A stretch of DNA of 64,000 nucleotides from Antedon mediterranea (lineage: Eukaryota; Animalia; Echinodermata), in NCBI RefSeq assembly GCF_964355755.1, contig NC_092672.1:31688437-31752436 (forward strand), in the 5' to 3' direction. Positions 63,832 through 64,000 of the stretch are shown here, in pieces. The translations under genes and the position numbers were made by a program. Below the pieces are notes generated by a model that saw only the letters and a list, made by a program, of their open reading frames with translations, was not told the origin of the DNA and did no database searches. The first letter of the stretch is position 1. Each line of letters begins with the position of its first letter.

Positions 63832-64000
63832 TATTAGTTTTCTGTCATGGTTATACAATTTGGCAGACATAGAGCACTAGACCAGGCCAGGATAATAAAT
63901 ACCTGTACTAAACACATTAAATACTGCAGTAGGTACATGCACCAGTAATACAAAATAGAACAACTTGCAGTGGTGGTACTATTTTTCAAATTACCTATGG

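Overview
AT-rich eukaryotic (metazoan) genomic DNA; the repeat content and gene structure fit a marine invertebrate such as an echinoderm, but the species cannot be fixed from sequence alone. Almost the whole window is one minus-strand gene, a MEGF6 (EGFL3)-like secreted multi-EGF protein. I traced 36 coding exons by hand (63293 down to the stop at 2420), all with GT-AG, phase-1 junctions, about 1,550 aa in the window; the signal-peptide/EMI exons probably lie beyond base 64000. Nested antisense in its 9.65-kb intron is a complete 962-aa TRIM-NHL gene with an uninterrupted CDS (RING, two B-boxes, coiled coil, TWO filamin repeats, NHL propeller). Introns carry a young 5'-truncated L2/CR1-group LINE with an open RT frame, older LINE 3' ends, tRNA-headed SINEs, a 5S-rRNA-headed SINE-like element, PIF/Harbinger- and Tc1/pogo-type MITEs, minisatellites and a 230-bp palindrome with a hammerhead-ribozyme-like core. 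I found no prokaryote-type system and cannot claim a proven novel system. The best leads are the nested double-filamin TRIM-NHL gene, the 5S-headed SINE and the hammerhead-like palindrome.
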